Shown one piece after another: positions 34,708 to 47,500 of a stretch of DNA of 64,000 nt. Position numbers and translations under genes: made by a program. Position 1 is the first letter of the stretch, and each line of letters opens with the position of its first letter. Below the pieces are notes generated by a model. It saw nothing but the letters and a program-made list of their open reading frames with translations. It did not search any database and was not told the DNA's origin. Origin of the DNA: Hyaloraphidium curvatum SAG 235-1 (Eukaryota; Fungi; Monoblepharomycota); the NCBI GenBank assembly GCA_025558095.1, contig JAIVFI010000003.1, positions 496,001 through 560,000 of the forward strand, read 5' to 3'.

Positions 34708-35932
34708 ATGACCGGAGAGAGCGGAGCGAACACTTCGGACGCGGCGGCGGCCGCGCCCGGCGGGCCGGCAGACCCCGTGTCGCCCACCTCGGCGCCCTCG
34801 GTCCCCGCCTCGCGGTATCCGTCGCCCTCGCCCGATTCTCCGCCGCTGCGGCCACAGTCGCTGCCGCCACTGAGACCGACGGTGGTCATCCCGCCATCGC
34901 TGTCTTCGCCTGCCGCCGCCTCGGCGCCCGCGGCCGCTGTTTACCGCGGCCCGCCGACCGTTTCACGATGGGGACTGGACCGTTCCATGCCTGCCGCCCC
35001 TTCTCCCGTCTCTCCGCGCCAGCCGTCCAATGTATTGCGAGGGGCGGACGCAAGGATGAAGGGAACCTACAAACTGAACACTCGGCCGCGTGTGCTGCGT
35101 GCCGCCGGCGGGATGGCGGTCTGGGCGTGCCTGATGTGCGCCCTGGCGGCCACGGGAGGCTGGCTGCTCATCGGCATGGGAGAGGATCCGGGCGGGTGGG
35201 AAGAGTGGATGGCGTGGGGCCGCTGGTTCGACGGAGATGTGGGTTCTTGCCGCGCTTTGGACCCTCCCCGATTTCTAACTGGGCATGCCGCCGTGGTAGG
35301 GCAACACTCGCGTCACGCTCGGCGTTGCTGGCTACTGCCTGCGCTCGCTGCTGCGCACGGTGCCCGATCGCGCTCCCGTGTCGCTGGCCTTGGTGCCGGG
35401 GCCGAACCTGACGCTTGCAAACAGCTACCAGACCGTCTGCTCTTTCTACCCCCAGGACATGCCTACTTCGCCGCTGGCGCCGGCGTTTGCCCCCATCTAC
35501 TTCCCGTTCCGCGGCCAGCCGCAGTTCTACTCTTCCAGCTACCTGGTCGCCATGCCAGCCCTCTTCCTGGCGCACGTTTGCGCGACCGTTGGCGCGATCA
35601 TCCTTCCTATCATCTGCGCCGGCCCCGACGCGCGCCGCTTCGCGAAGGGGCTGGGCTGGGGAGCGCTGGCCGCGCTGCTGAGCGGCTTCGGCATGACCGT
35701 GGCCTTTGTCGAGACCTGGAGGCAAGGCATGGCGAACCTGGCCAGCATCGGACAGATACCGGGGATCGTGCTGGACGGCCAGCAGTTCCAGTACGCCGGC
35801 GGGCTTGGCGCGGCCATCGCCGCTATTCTTACCTCGGCGTTCGGCGTGCAGCTGGGGTTCTGGCGCGGGTTCCAGAGACCGGGGAAGAAGAGGCGGGGGA
35901 ACGAGGATGGGCTCTACGATTGGATGGACTAG
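34708..35932 (+). CDS. Multi-pass membrane protein, possibly SUR7/PalI (claudin-like); intron 35239-35299; start uncertain
   Basis: TM1 followed by a TLGVAGYC...C loop motif and three more hydrophobic helices. Confidence 0.6.
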
Positions 35933-36175
35933 CGCGGCGGCGACATGGGCGCGAGCAGGAACTGGGTCATGCTTTGTACTTCTTCTCATACCTATCGATC
36001 TATTGCCTTTTCTTCTTCCTCTGTTTGCTGCTCAAGCTGTTTTGTCGCAAAATTGCCCCATGAGGCGGCCATCGGCGCAGATTGGACTGAAGAAGGTGGG
36101 ATTCATCTGGGGCTCGAGCATACACCCGCCGTCACAGTCCTCTCAACACCGCAACAACCCACCTTCATCACCGCA

Positions 36176-37172
36176 ATGGACGATGCGGACCACCCCGAGC
36201 ACGAGGATTACGCCGACCATGTCGATGCAATCAGGGCGGCGAGCGGCGATGCCGTGCCGAGCGGCTATCTGCTCGTCAAGCGCACCGGACTCGGCCAGAT
36301 GGCCATCACGAAAATCCCGCTGTACCGGGACCCGGCCGGGCAAGCGGGCGCCAAGCGCATCCTTTCCGTGTGTCCCTCCAAGGATTGCCGCTACGTCTTC
36401 CACCGGAAAGGGTACCCCAGTGAGTTCCACGGTGCCGGGACGCCCGTACCTGGTCTGAGAGGTCCTCCGATGCGCAGGTGGTGCCCAAGGAGCGATGAAT
36501 CGGCACAGGAGTTCGAACCATCGTGGTGGAGAGGCCTTCGAGGTCCTCGTGCCTCGCCGGCAGGGGCAGCGGGAGGTGGGTCATTCCCCCGCTTTCCCCT
36601 TCCCCTCTCACCCCTTCATCCAGTTTGCCGCCAACACCAGCAAGGGCTCGTTCGGCGCAAGGACCAGGGGCAAATCCATCGCTACTGCGCCCCGGACTGC
36701 CGCCGTGAAGGGCAAGGAGACCATCGACAAGGTGGCCAGGCGCCCGACGCGAACGTGCCGTTCGAACCCCAAGGCCGTGCAACCGCTGCAGGAGATGCCG
36801 GAGGTGCAACCTCCCCAGGACGACAGTGCGTCCAGTGCGCTGCGCCAGGAGCCTCGTGGGGACCAAGACCTGCTCCAGCAAGCAATCCACACCCTCTTTG
36901 CGACGTACCCAGACTTGTTCAACGGGCCGCTGCAATCCGTCGTGGATTCCTACGGCAGCATCCCGGACTCCAACCCTCACGATCTGGAAGGCGATGCTTT
37001 CATATGGGAAGCTGGCGTTCTCTCACAAGAGTACCGTGATCAGCTGCCGGCCGCAGACGACTTCGGCCCCTATGGGCCGGTCCTTCCGAGCCTCCCGACG
37101 AGCGTGCTCGGCGCGGATGAGGACGGCTACTTCATTCAGCCAGCTTTCGGCCTTTCCTACCATTTGGACTAG
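36176..37172 (+). CDS. Unknown protein with zinc-finger-like module (family member B); introns 36420-36477, 36576-36623
   Basis: ILSVCPSKDC...YPS|GAQGAMNRHRSSNH after splicing. Confidence 0.7.
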
Positions 37173-37251
37173 CAGATGTGTCGAAACTTGGTCATGTATG
37201 CAGCTGTGTCATGTATCATCGGATGGAGAAAAGATCAAATGCGTCATTGCG

Positions 37252-37911
37252 CTACACAGCAAGCATCTCGGTCCCGTTCCCGTTGCCGTTCCGGATTGCA
37301 ATCGACCGGCGCTTGGGAGTTTTCTCGGCAGGCTTGCGAATCCGGATCGTGAGCACGCCGTCGCGGATGTCGGCGGAGCACTTGGTATCGGTGAGATCGA
37401 AAGGCAGCCTTTGCACAAACAGCTTAGTTGTAGGACGGACCGAACTGGCCGGAACCCACTGGATGGCCGTGGAAGCCTGATCCACTCCTCTCTCCTGCAG
37501 CACCAGCTTGCCATCTCCCACTTCGGACGGCAGTGAGGTAGCGCGACTCGCAGAGACAACCAACTGCTTGCCCTCGCTTCTCACGGCGACCGAGCTGGCC
37601 TCAGCGCCGGCCAAATCTTGGGCAGGGTCACTAGGCTGCTCGTAGGGGGCGCTCGAGGGACAGCAACCCACCAGCTGTCACCACGAACTCTTTTCCTAGT
37701 GCGAGAAAAGTGAATTTTCTAAGCGCTGCAGCCTAGGTGTAGTCCACGAACCGGTTTCGACGAGATCGATCGGAATCTGCCAGTGTCGGCCGGCGACAGC
37801 GGGCGAAGGCGCTCCGGCCACAGTGCTTGCTTCTTCATCCTCCGACGATGGTCATGGAACAGCACCGGACTCGGGAAATGCTCCGGGATCGGGGTTCGAG
37901 GGCGACGGCAT
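37252..37911 (-). CDS. Small heat-shock protein (HSP20/alpha-crystallin), with an in-frame TGA at codon 20 of the upstream ATG frame; possibly a pseudogene
   Basis: Spliced WQIPIDLVETG|KEFVVTAD|LAG...V.V...GKQLVVSA...LVLQER...RLPFDL...ADIRDGVLTIRIRK...RRSIAI. Confidence 0.8.
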
Positions 37912-38188
37912 GTTGTCGATGATTCGGTCGGCGTGGCGATGAGTTGCCGATGAGTCGTCGTGAACTTGCTCGACGGTTTTCTTCGCCGAAAAAATCGACG
38001 ATGGAAAACATCGAAGAGGATAGAGGCTAGGTATTTGTCACGAATCGAGCATCGAAGCACGACCGTTGAATGAGAGATTGAATGAGAGATTTGAGGCGTC
38101 CAACGGGAGTGAGGACGCGAGCTACCGCTGGAGCTACCGCACCATTTCTCGCGTTGGACAGTGCTCACGCTCCGCAACGAAAGCAACC

Positions 38189-39324
38189 ATGGCATCGGCC
38201 GTTGCGCCGGAGCACTCTTATGAAGACCTTGCCGTCGAACTGGTCAGGAGATGGAAAGGAGCCGACCTGGTCCCGCATAGCTTCTTCCTCTATGTCGACG
38301 CTCCGGGCCACCGCGGGCCCATCTTCAAGCCGCAGAACACGTCGGACGCAGACAAATTCACGATGGTGACCATTTGTCACGTGTGCCTGCACGTGCACAC
38401 GGGCAAGCGCGAAGAAGGTGGGCAGCACGGCCAGCTGCCTCCGGCGCCGCCCGAGTTGACTATCTGCGATTTTCAGGCCAGCTTCTCTCGAACGTGAACA
38501 AACACATCAGCCTGAAGCAGGAAGGCTCTTTGAAAGTCAAAAGCTGCCGGAACGTGGGGCAGCGGAAGACCGTTGTCAAAAAGGAGCCTGTCGACGACTC
38601 CTTTCCGGACCCACATCCGGTAGAAGGACCCGAAGCTCAGGCGGACGCCGTTCCCTCTGCCGTCAAACCCAAAGACGATGATTTGGGGCCAGTGGACGAC
38701 AAGGCGGTCGCCGCTGCGTCTTCCGCGGCACCTGACGTCGGCGCCTGCGCTGGAGAGGACCCAATGGCCGAGTCGTCTCTCGACGTCAAGGGCACGGATG
38801 CCACGAGCATCACGCTTTCGCTTCCGGAGCTGCCACTTCACCTGCAGCATCTGGCACCTGGATTTGTCGTTTACGCTGCCCAGCTTCTTGCAAAGTCTCA
38901 TTTTGCAGCAGACCAAGAGGCGCTTGGTGCAAGCCGCGAACTCATTTCACTTCTCATGCCGGTTGTTTTCGGGGACGTGAATGTTTTTGAGTACGCTGCC
39001 AAGATTGGCTCCCTCGTGCAAGCGGAGGCAGAGAAGAAGGGCGCCGAGTGCCAGGCGGCCAAAGTGGGATCACCAAAACCTCTTGCCGACGACGACGAAG
39101 CGAGCGAAACGGACAGTGCCGAGGACTCCCCGTGTCTCGTGAAGGTGGGGGATTTTCCTCATTCGCCTGCTTGGTCGAACTCCGGACATTCGCCAGCTCG
39201 GTCGGAGTCTCCGGAATCGGACGCTTCGGACGAGATGCACCTGAGCATCGTGAAGATGGAGGAGGTGGAGGCGGACCCAGTTAGCCCGTCTGACGATTTC
39301 GTCTCGTGGGATGGCCTTGAGTGA
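38189..39324 (+). CDS. Unknown protein with zinc-finger-like module (family member C); intron 38418-38476
   Basis: MVTICHVC...EEG|QLLSNVNKHI...KSC after splicing. Confidence 0.7.
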
Positions 39325-39448
39325 GGCACGCTTGTCAGCATTGGAGCTTGGTCATGGAAGGGCGTGGCGTGGACGTGCTGGGACAGATGTGTATGCCATT
39401 GTGTTGGCTAATCGTATTGTTTGCTCATTCTCTGCCGCGCCGTCGGAG

Positions 39449-40904
39449 CTAGCCCACTCCGGGAATCCAGATTGCAGTCCGTTTTCGGTAGGCATCCCAG
39501 CCCGCTGCGCCAGCCAGTCTTTCCTCTTCCTCTGCAATCCTCGCAGCAAAGAAGTTCGCAAGCACGTAAGCGTATGCACCGCACGCCAGCGGATTAAGCA
39601 GCATCAGCTGCGTTCCGACAGAGTACCAGAAGAACCCCGTGTAGCTCGGATGCCGCAGGATTGAATAAATGCCGTGCTGGACAAGGGTCGAGGGCGGGTG
39701 CGAGGGAAGCTGGTGGGTGAAGTGCGGACCCAGAGTGTGGATGGCCAGGTTGCGCAGAACGAGGCCTCCAAGGGTCACTAAAAGACCTGCAAAGCTACGG
39801 TCAGCTGCGAGAACCGGGCAGCGGCCTTCACCACATACCAGCGATCGAAAACAGATTCCACCGCTTCCAGGACGGAACGACGTACCACTCCAGCAGGTAC
39901 TCGACCAGGCCAAACACGAACGCAGCATGGTACGCGGTCGAATGGTTGATAAGGAACGCTGCAAGGGATGCGCCTGTAAGGAAAGGGCGGCATATGAAGA
40001 GATGGCTGAACTCGTGACACGCACAGTTTATGTTGACCTCCCTCGTGCGCCACGTTGCTGCTCCGAGGTATTCTGCCTCGTGAAACGCCCCCAGCAATGC
40101 AAACCACATGCCCAGAGGACCGTAACCCGCCATGTCCTTGGAAATGGTGCTGGCAAAAGCAAACCCAAGTCCCAATCCGGAAAGCAAGCCAAGAATGTAG
40201 CTCAAAGAGGAGATATTCGGCGGATTGTGAAGAGGGAGAGAAACCAGCGGCAGCTGCGCGCGTGTCTGAGCTTGGGTGGCACGAGGAAACGATTGGGCAT
40301 TCAGGATCGGTCGGGGAGCGGAAGGCGTGGAGATCACGGGCGTTGCGGCGGCATTTTGCGAGCCGGAAGAAGAAGGTTGCGCCCTCGCCGGCGTACTCGG
40401 CTCGTTGCCGGGTGTCGAAGATTCGCCAGTCGAAACAGGTCCGACGCGCTGTCGCAACCCCGGCATTTCCTTCTGCGGCGTCGGAAACGATGTTCTGGAA
40501 CCAGACACCCCACCAAGTGGGGTCGAATTCAATGGCGCGGTAGGGCCCGAACGCGTGTCCTTCGGTCGCTGCGGCGCCGGTTCTTCCGCCATGTACGCGT
40601 CCTCGGCGGCCTTGGACGCCGCCTCATCGATGCGCAGGTTCGATAGAATCGAAGGAAGCTCCTTGGACGCGGTGGCCGTGGGCGAGAGCTCGGCGTCCGC
40701 CAGCGAGAGGTTTCCCAGGGCAGCAGTCTCGTTCGCGACGTCGCGTCCGCCGTCCAGGGTGAGATCCTTCATGGTTTCATCCACCGCCTCGACGGACGCG
40801 TCTCCGACTTTGGCCATCGGAGTGGAGCCAGAGAGAGGCGGCGCGTCTGCGAAGGTTGTCGTCTGGCGATCGTCTTCGGAAGTATCATCAATCCATGTCC
40901 CCAT
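39449..40904 (-). CDS. STE14: Isoprenylcysteine carboxyl methyltransferase with long disordered N-terminus; start codon uncertain
   Basis: FHEAEY, AFLINHS.AY, LRNLAIHTLGPHFTH, LVQHGIYSILRHPSYTGFF, QLMLLNP, FFAARIAEEE. Confidence 0.9.
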
Positions 40905-41496
40905 GGCCTCCAACGTCGATACCTCCACCAACGACGAACGATCGGTGGACTCGGAGTCGCCGCTCATTGCTTCCGATTTTGCGGCGGCCGACCGGCCCCA
41001 GGGCGATGCAGCTTCCGGCGCCGCAGCACCGGATCCAGCGGGTCCTTCGGCTCCCAAGGACTTTCCGTGGTCTTTGCGTCTCGAACGGGACTACATACAC
41101 GGCGATGTAGTGCAGTACACCGCGGACTTCCCGCCTTTGCTGTCGCCGTACCTTCCCGCGGACGTTTTTGAGTCCGTGGTTGCCCACGTCAACTGTCGCC
41201 TCTTGGAGCTGGACCGCCCGACCACCGCATCTGTGGTTGAAGGCCTTGTTTCGTGGCTCACGTTGGGACTGTCGGACTTGTGGCGCGGCACGCCCCGGTT
41301 CTGGATCGAACTGGATAAGCTCCGAGAGTATCTTCGAGAACGGAGCGAAGAATGGGCGGAGTACGGACTTTCCATAGTCGACCCCAAGGAGACGGCGTGG
41401 CAGTTTGTGAGTCTTCCGTCCGTCGTCTTTGTGTACCTGACGTAGCTGCATCGCCAGCTCGAGATACGCGTTTTGCGGGCGCCAACAGTTCCGTAG
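40903..41496 (+). CDS. ERF4/golgin-A7 family palmitoyltransferase accessory subunit; intron 41407-41457
   Basis: RLERDY..G.VVQY..DFPP.L...F...V..VN..L...EGLVSWLTLGL...GLSIVDPKETAWQF|LEI. Confidence 0.8.
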
Positions 41497-41587
41497 CAGA
41501 CAACGTGTCTACCGGCAAGTCTATCCAATCTAAACATCGACCATGCTCTCGAGTTCATGCGCATGCCACTTGTTCTGCTCCCATGTC

Positions 41588-44500
41588 CTAGACAGCGTCC
41601 TCCATGTTGACAGGCCCTTCACCTCCATCCAGCAGCAAGCCGCACTTCTCCGTGGCTGGCACGCCCCTCCGTTCGTTTGCGGCGGGCTTCAAACCCCGCA
41701 CGATCCAGAGGGCCTGGTTCCCCAGCGTCGGAGTTGCAAGCAGTTCGATCTGCAGGGAATGTGTCACGATTCCGCCTACGGGTGACACAAAGAAATCACA
41801 GACCTCCCACATCGCCGTCGCCAGAAAGCTCGCAAGCTCGATGACGAGCTCCCTGGAAACCGCATCCGTTGGTGCAGAGGCCGCGATTGTGTTCACGGTA
41901 AAGCTCGCAAGGTCTGGATCCCCGAAGTCTGGTCGTGCTTGCGAAGAGGCACGCCAAGCTTCTTCCCACGCGGGCATTGCAAATGCGCCCTTGGCGTCCA
42001 ATAGACTTTCCACGCTACCGACAAACACCTTCCAAGGGATAGCGACGCGCAGCGCCTGGAATGGATGCGCTAGGAGCGAAACTGAAAGCTGTACAGCGAT
42101 CGGCGACGACCCCATGAGGTCTGAGTAGGCTGCCGATTGCGGTGCGCTCCTTTCCGAGAACCGAACCACCGTGCGCCCGTTTCCAGTTGTCACGTGTGAA
42201 ACCGAGTCGAAAAAGTCGATCGTTCCAAGTCCTTCCAGGGTGCGCGGGAGTCGCCTCAAGCGCGCGAACGTTGGCGCGGAGCGAGTCGGTTCCGGATGGT
42301 GCAGCAGCGGGAGCTCCCTCATTGCTTGCAGCTCGCGCTCCGTGCAAGAGTAAGCATGCAGTGACGAAGCTGGGGCGTCCACAAGAGTCCGACCTCCCGC
42401 CCGCAAGGATGCGAGAAGCGTGTCGGCCGATCGCATCAAGGTCTGCATCGCCACAGGATCCCTGAGAAGCTGATGCAGCGACTCGAGACGAGTCTTGCCG
42501 TCCGGCTTCCGATCATCGGTCTTGACGACAGCAGACTCCGTGGGGGCAAGCCACGGAACTTGCAGACGGTTGTGTACACCACGGTGCTGCAGATCGTAGA
42601 ACGCTGCTGCCGCCGGGCCCTGCGGAAAAGATATCAGGAGAAACTCAGCGAACCAGCAGAACAGGAGAGCACCGTGAAATCGCCCCAAATCAAGGCGCCG
42701 CCGAATCCCTCCTTGGCCCGAATGACCACAAGGGATCCTGATTCGTCCGAAACGACTGCATTCCTGAACTTGCGCCGATCATCTCCGATTTCCTCGACAT
42801 TGGCAAGCGCTGGCTTTGGTTAGGGCGAGAACAACCGGACAACCTTGATTGCCCTCACCTAGTAGCAGCCCGACGCAATCGACGTCGGAGCCCTCTTGGA
42901 CTTCGAAAAGCTCGGTGCACGTCCAAAACCGCCGGTGGCTGTAGCCAATTGCGGCAAGCTCTTCCGAGCTAACAACCACCGGCTGATACCGGGTCATCCG
43001 CTGCGTACTCAAGCGCACTCTGGACGCCAATGCGGAAGCTCCGACAAATCGTCGCGGAAGCGGCTTGGAGGATGCCGAAAGCGAAGAAATCTGTAGCCCC
43101 ATGGTAAGGTACCGAAACGCCATGCACGACATTGCGATCAACGTACGCGGAACCTGCTGCCCTCCTTCAAAAGTACCCAAGACTCCTCGCCCGGACGCCA
43201 AAACGTGAGTTCCAAATCCGGTCCCTCTGCGAGAACCCCGTCCCTGGGGAAATCACGGATCTTGATTCGGAAGAATGGAACCACGTTTCGCTCAGAAGCC
43301 ATCAGGGTCTGCGATTGAATCAAAGCATTAGCTGGTGTTCATTGGGAAAGAGGGTCCGCGTCCAAACTCACTTCGGCCTCGGCCTCCGCCTCCTGCCACA
43401 TTTCACGTCGCTTTCGCTCGCGAGCTTCCTCCGCGGCAGAATTGAGTGCCGTCAGCTGTCGCGGCCTGAGTCCTTCACGGAAAGCTGCCGGATCGCGATG
43501 CTTGCGCATAAGGAAAAGGAGCTCTCTGCCGTCCTCAATCTCAGAGAGAGGAGCTGCCATGACACGCATGAACTACGGCTCTGCATCGGGCAGGCAGCGA
43601 GAGACAAACCCACTTCCTGCGCCAGATTTGGAACCAAAAGGGGGAGTCTCCTCGTACGATGAAACCGAATTCTGTTCCATTCTCAGCCGGACTGCTGCCT
43701 GCGCTGCGAACATCTTTTCCTGATTGAGACGCTCCGTCAGAATGACACGAGGATAGGATCGAGGGCACAGCTAACCTGGTGCTCACGCTTCGCCCGCTCT
43801 TCCTCCTGCTCCGTGCGCACGATTTTTGTTCCGTCCTGCAGAGTTTCCATGAAGCGCATCTCGCTTCGACGCATGACGATGACGTCCACTTCCGACACGG
43901 CGCCGCCGTCGGGTTCCAGGGTCCGCAGGGGAACTGTCAAAGCTCGCAGTCTGTGGAACCCCAGTCTGGCGTCCCAGCGGGCCCGGCGAGTAGAATTCGC
44001 GTTCAGGATAAGCTTCACGGACGGCGGAGCTTCCAGAGGCGGGCACGCTTCGCCGTGCGTAAGCTTGTTGGACACCGTCGAATGAGGCCACGCAACGCGT
44101 GCAAAGCGAGCATCACTCACCTGTGCACCGCACGTCACAAGCTTGAGACCGACGTAAATCTTGCCGCGCCTCACAGCCTCCTTCAGCGGTTCGTCGAACT
44201 GCGCCCCAATGCAGTACCATCCATCCGTCAGCTCCACAGTCACGGATCCTTGATCGCAGAGGACTCTTGACACACAAAGCACAAGACTGCGGCCAGGGTT
44301 CCCGTCTCTTTCCAAAATCAGCTTCACGGCCGATCGGCGACCTCGATTGACTTCCTGTTCGTATCTGAGAAGATTTGGACAGGTCTTGAGCACACGTGCG
44401 GAGACCAACCCCAGTCTCCCTTACCGGTAGCGCAGCTGGTTCAAGACGTTGACTGCGTTCCACATCGAGATCGTGTTTGGGAACTTGCGAACGGTGCACG

Positions 44501-47500
44501 CCAGCTTCCATACGATCCATCTGTAGTGGTTTGCCACCCATGCCAGAGAAATCAAGTGTTCATTGGCCCCTGCACAAACGAGATCGCGGAAGGCCTCCGA
44601 AACTCCCCAAGGCTCGTCAGGGGTCTCGAACTTGTGCGCGCCTGCCGTAGCGCTGCTGACGGCCAATAACACAGGCGCACTACAAACATGTTGCAGCTTA
44701 GCAACGTCGACAAGCCCGCCGACGAGAAGCACCAACAGAGGTTCCACAATACCCTTGCCATGCTGAAGCTGGAGCTCTCGCAAAGTCATGCGATGCCCCC
44801 CTGATCCTATTGACAGAATGAGCACCGAGCACGCACGATTCGACAATTGACAGTACTTTGCAAGTTGAAGACCGGCTGGAGCTGCTTGCGCTGCATTTTG
44901 GAAGAGGTTTCAGTAAGATGGCCTTCACCGTCGTTCCGGAGGCCGGTTTGAGTGCCTGCCGGCCCAGCAGGAAGGGGTGTGGTGATTGGCGTGACTATCC
45001 CAGCGGCATTGGGCCTGATGACGGAAGGTGCCTTGAAGGGCGTGTTAAAGCGACCCTTTGCGAGTTTCCGCAGCGGCAAGGGGTCCGGAGTGCCAAAAGA
45101 AGTTGGGCGAGCAGGTTTTGCCGGCACAAGAAACGTGCTGGCCAGGTCGGCTTGCTCGGGAGCTCTTTGTGCCAACGGAGATTGGTCCTCGAGAAGCTGC
45201 TGCGCCTTCAGCAGTCGATCGCCTGAAACAGCTTGCAGGCGTTTGCCAGTTGCCTTGGCAAAACCTTGGCCACGGTGTGGCACGTCGTGTCCGCTGCGCA
45301 ATGGCAGCGGGGTGGTCTCCGCATGCGGGACTTCTGCAGCTGTACGGTCCACTTGAGGTGTGCGGAGCGTGCCGTTGCCAGAAAGGGGCGCGACATCCTC
45401 CACCGTGAGCAATTGATTCGCTTTGGCAAGTTGCTCCGGGCCGACGTCTCGCAATCGCTTGCCAGTTGCCGTAGCAAACCCCGATCCACCTCGCATGGGA
45501 AGGTGCTCCTTCCCCGTGTCCTTAGAGAAGAAATCTTCTGCCTCTTGAAGCATCTCCGCAGTCACGGCAGGGAGCTTGTTTCCGCCCGCTGTCGCAAAGC
45601 TAGATCCTTTTGCGGCGGTCCGCGGAACTTCGGCGCTCGATGCGAGAAGCGACTGTGACACTTGAAGCTTCGCTGGACTCATGAGCGGAAGACGGCCACC
45701 GCCAGCGGTCGAGAAGCCTCCGCCTCTAACGGGAGTCGTCGGCAAATCCACTGACTTTGGACTCGTTGGCGCAAAGGCTGCAGCAACCAAGGAAGCGGCC
45801 CCCGTCGTGGGCGTCGTCAAAGGGGGGGCACCTTGCTGCTTTCCCGGAGGCTCCGCGAGCCTAGATTCGGCCTCGCGGAGCTGAGTTTCGCTCATGGGTG
45901 GCAGATTCCGTCCCGCAGCGCTGCTAAAGCCGGCGTACTTTCGCGGCGTCGTCGAAGAAGAAGCTTTCCGATCCGGGGATTCTGAGCGGCGACTCCTTCC
46001 ATCTGCTGCAGAAGGTTCGGCTGCCGACCCACGCTCCTGACCAACGGTGGGGAGGACGCTCTTCCAAACAACGCAAGCGATCGCATCGCCAACTTGTGGC
46101 GCATGCACCGCGACCGCGTTCAACGCCGCAGGGTCATTCTCCGCCATGGCAGGTACCGCCGTCGCGGCGAGCGGGCAAGCAGCAGGCGGTTTGTCCGCCC
46201 CATCCGCCTCGAGAGCCTGGTCATGACCATCGAAAGAAGCAAGTGCTGCGGCAGTGCGCCGCACAGGGCTCAGGAGCTGCTTTCCGGATGCTGAGTGAAA
46301 CAGGTTCGGTTCCAGCGGCGGTCCGGCTTCGGGTTCAGTCGACAAGCGCGAGAAAGTGCCACGGTCAGTAGATTCGAGGCTCTTCCTCGCTGGCCGTTGC
46401 CGAGACCTGTGCGCAGCGTCCAATGCAAGCGTCTTGAGATTCTTTGGTCCGAACTTGTCGAACTTGTAGTCCGGATCGACGAGATGCACGTCAAACGGTG
46501 CGCGAGCCGCTCGAGGATTTTTGGTTTCCGTGAGATGTTCGGGCTCATCCAGCATGACTGGCGGATCCGGATCCACGACCTGTCCGGCTGCGGTTGCCGG
46601 CTGACCCTCCTGTTGCTCCGCGGCAGGCTCCACGACTAGGGCAAAGTCTGGGTCGCAAGGACCATCCCGGGGTGCAGGAGCTGGAGGAACAAGAGCGACT
46701 GCTTGCAGCGCTGAAGCAGTTGGTAAATCATCGTGGGTCAGAGCAACTTCGCCTGCTTTCGGCACCATGGCGTTGTCCTCGCCCGATCGTTCCTCGATCG
46801 CATTCGGAACTGCATTGTCCAAATCCTCCGCACGAAGCACGGGCGGTGCACGGATTGGTTCGGTGGAAACAATGACTGCGTCCATCGGCCCCAGCAGACG
46901 AGACCGGAGCTGTGCCTCTACAGCAAGATCCGGAGGGCTGGGCGGCTTAGATGCTTGCGGGCTTCCACAGTCGTCAATCTCGTCCTGCAAGCTCATGTGG
47001 CCGCCCGGGCGTGGGGAAGGCAAGGAACCGGGAAGGCCGAGCTCCTCATCGTCCCGCGCATGGCGCATTCCTTCGACGGGAAGACCCTCCACCTGGCTGC
47101 CGTCTAGGATATCGTCCTCAATGCCAAAAGGCCGGCAAGAATCCGACTGGAGGCCTTCGATGTCCCCCGACCCATCGCGGTCGGCGGCCACAGCCTCGGC
47201 TTCTCCAGACTGGTTCCCGTAGCTCTCCAACGAAGCGTGCAAAGGATCTTCCCCAACTAACCCGGGATCGATTGATGCGGATTCCGAAGGGCCATCGCGA
47301 TCGCTCCCCGCACCAGACGCATGCTGGACCGCGACAGGCGCGCCCAAGTCCAAGGAACCGCTGTGGTGACCGCCCTCGGAGCGGAAAAGTGCCGAGAGCT
47401 CTCCACTGTTCTCCATGAAGAAGCGGCCTCGCACGGGCGTGCAATCCTTCAGCGAACTCGGCATCGGCACTTCGCCAAAGTTCCACCCTGAAAACTCCCT

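Noticed and set aside
38066-38091. 12-bp direct repeat TTGAATGAGAGA x2 and imperfect nGAAn arrays upstream of the sHSP
   Set aside because: Too short and degenerate to call a heat-shock element.
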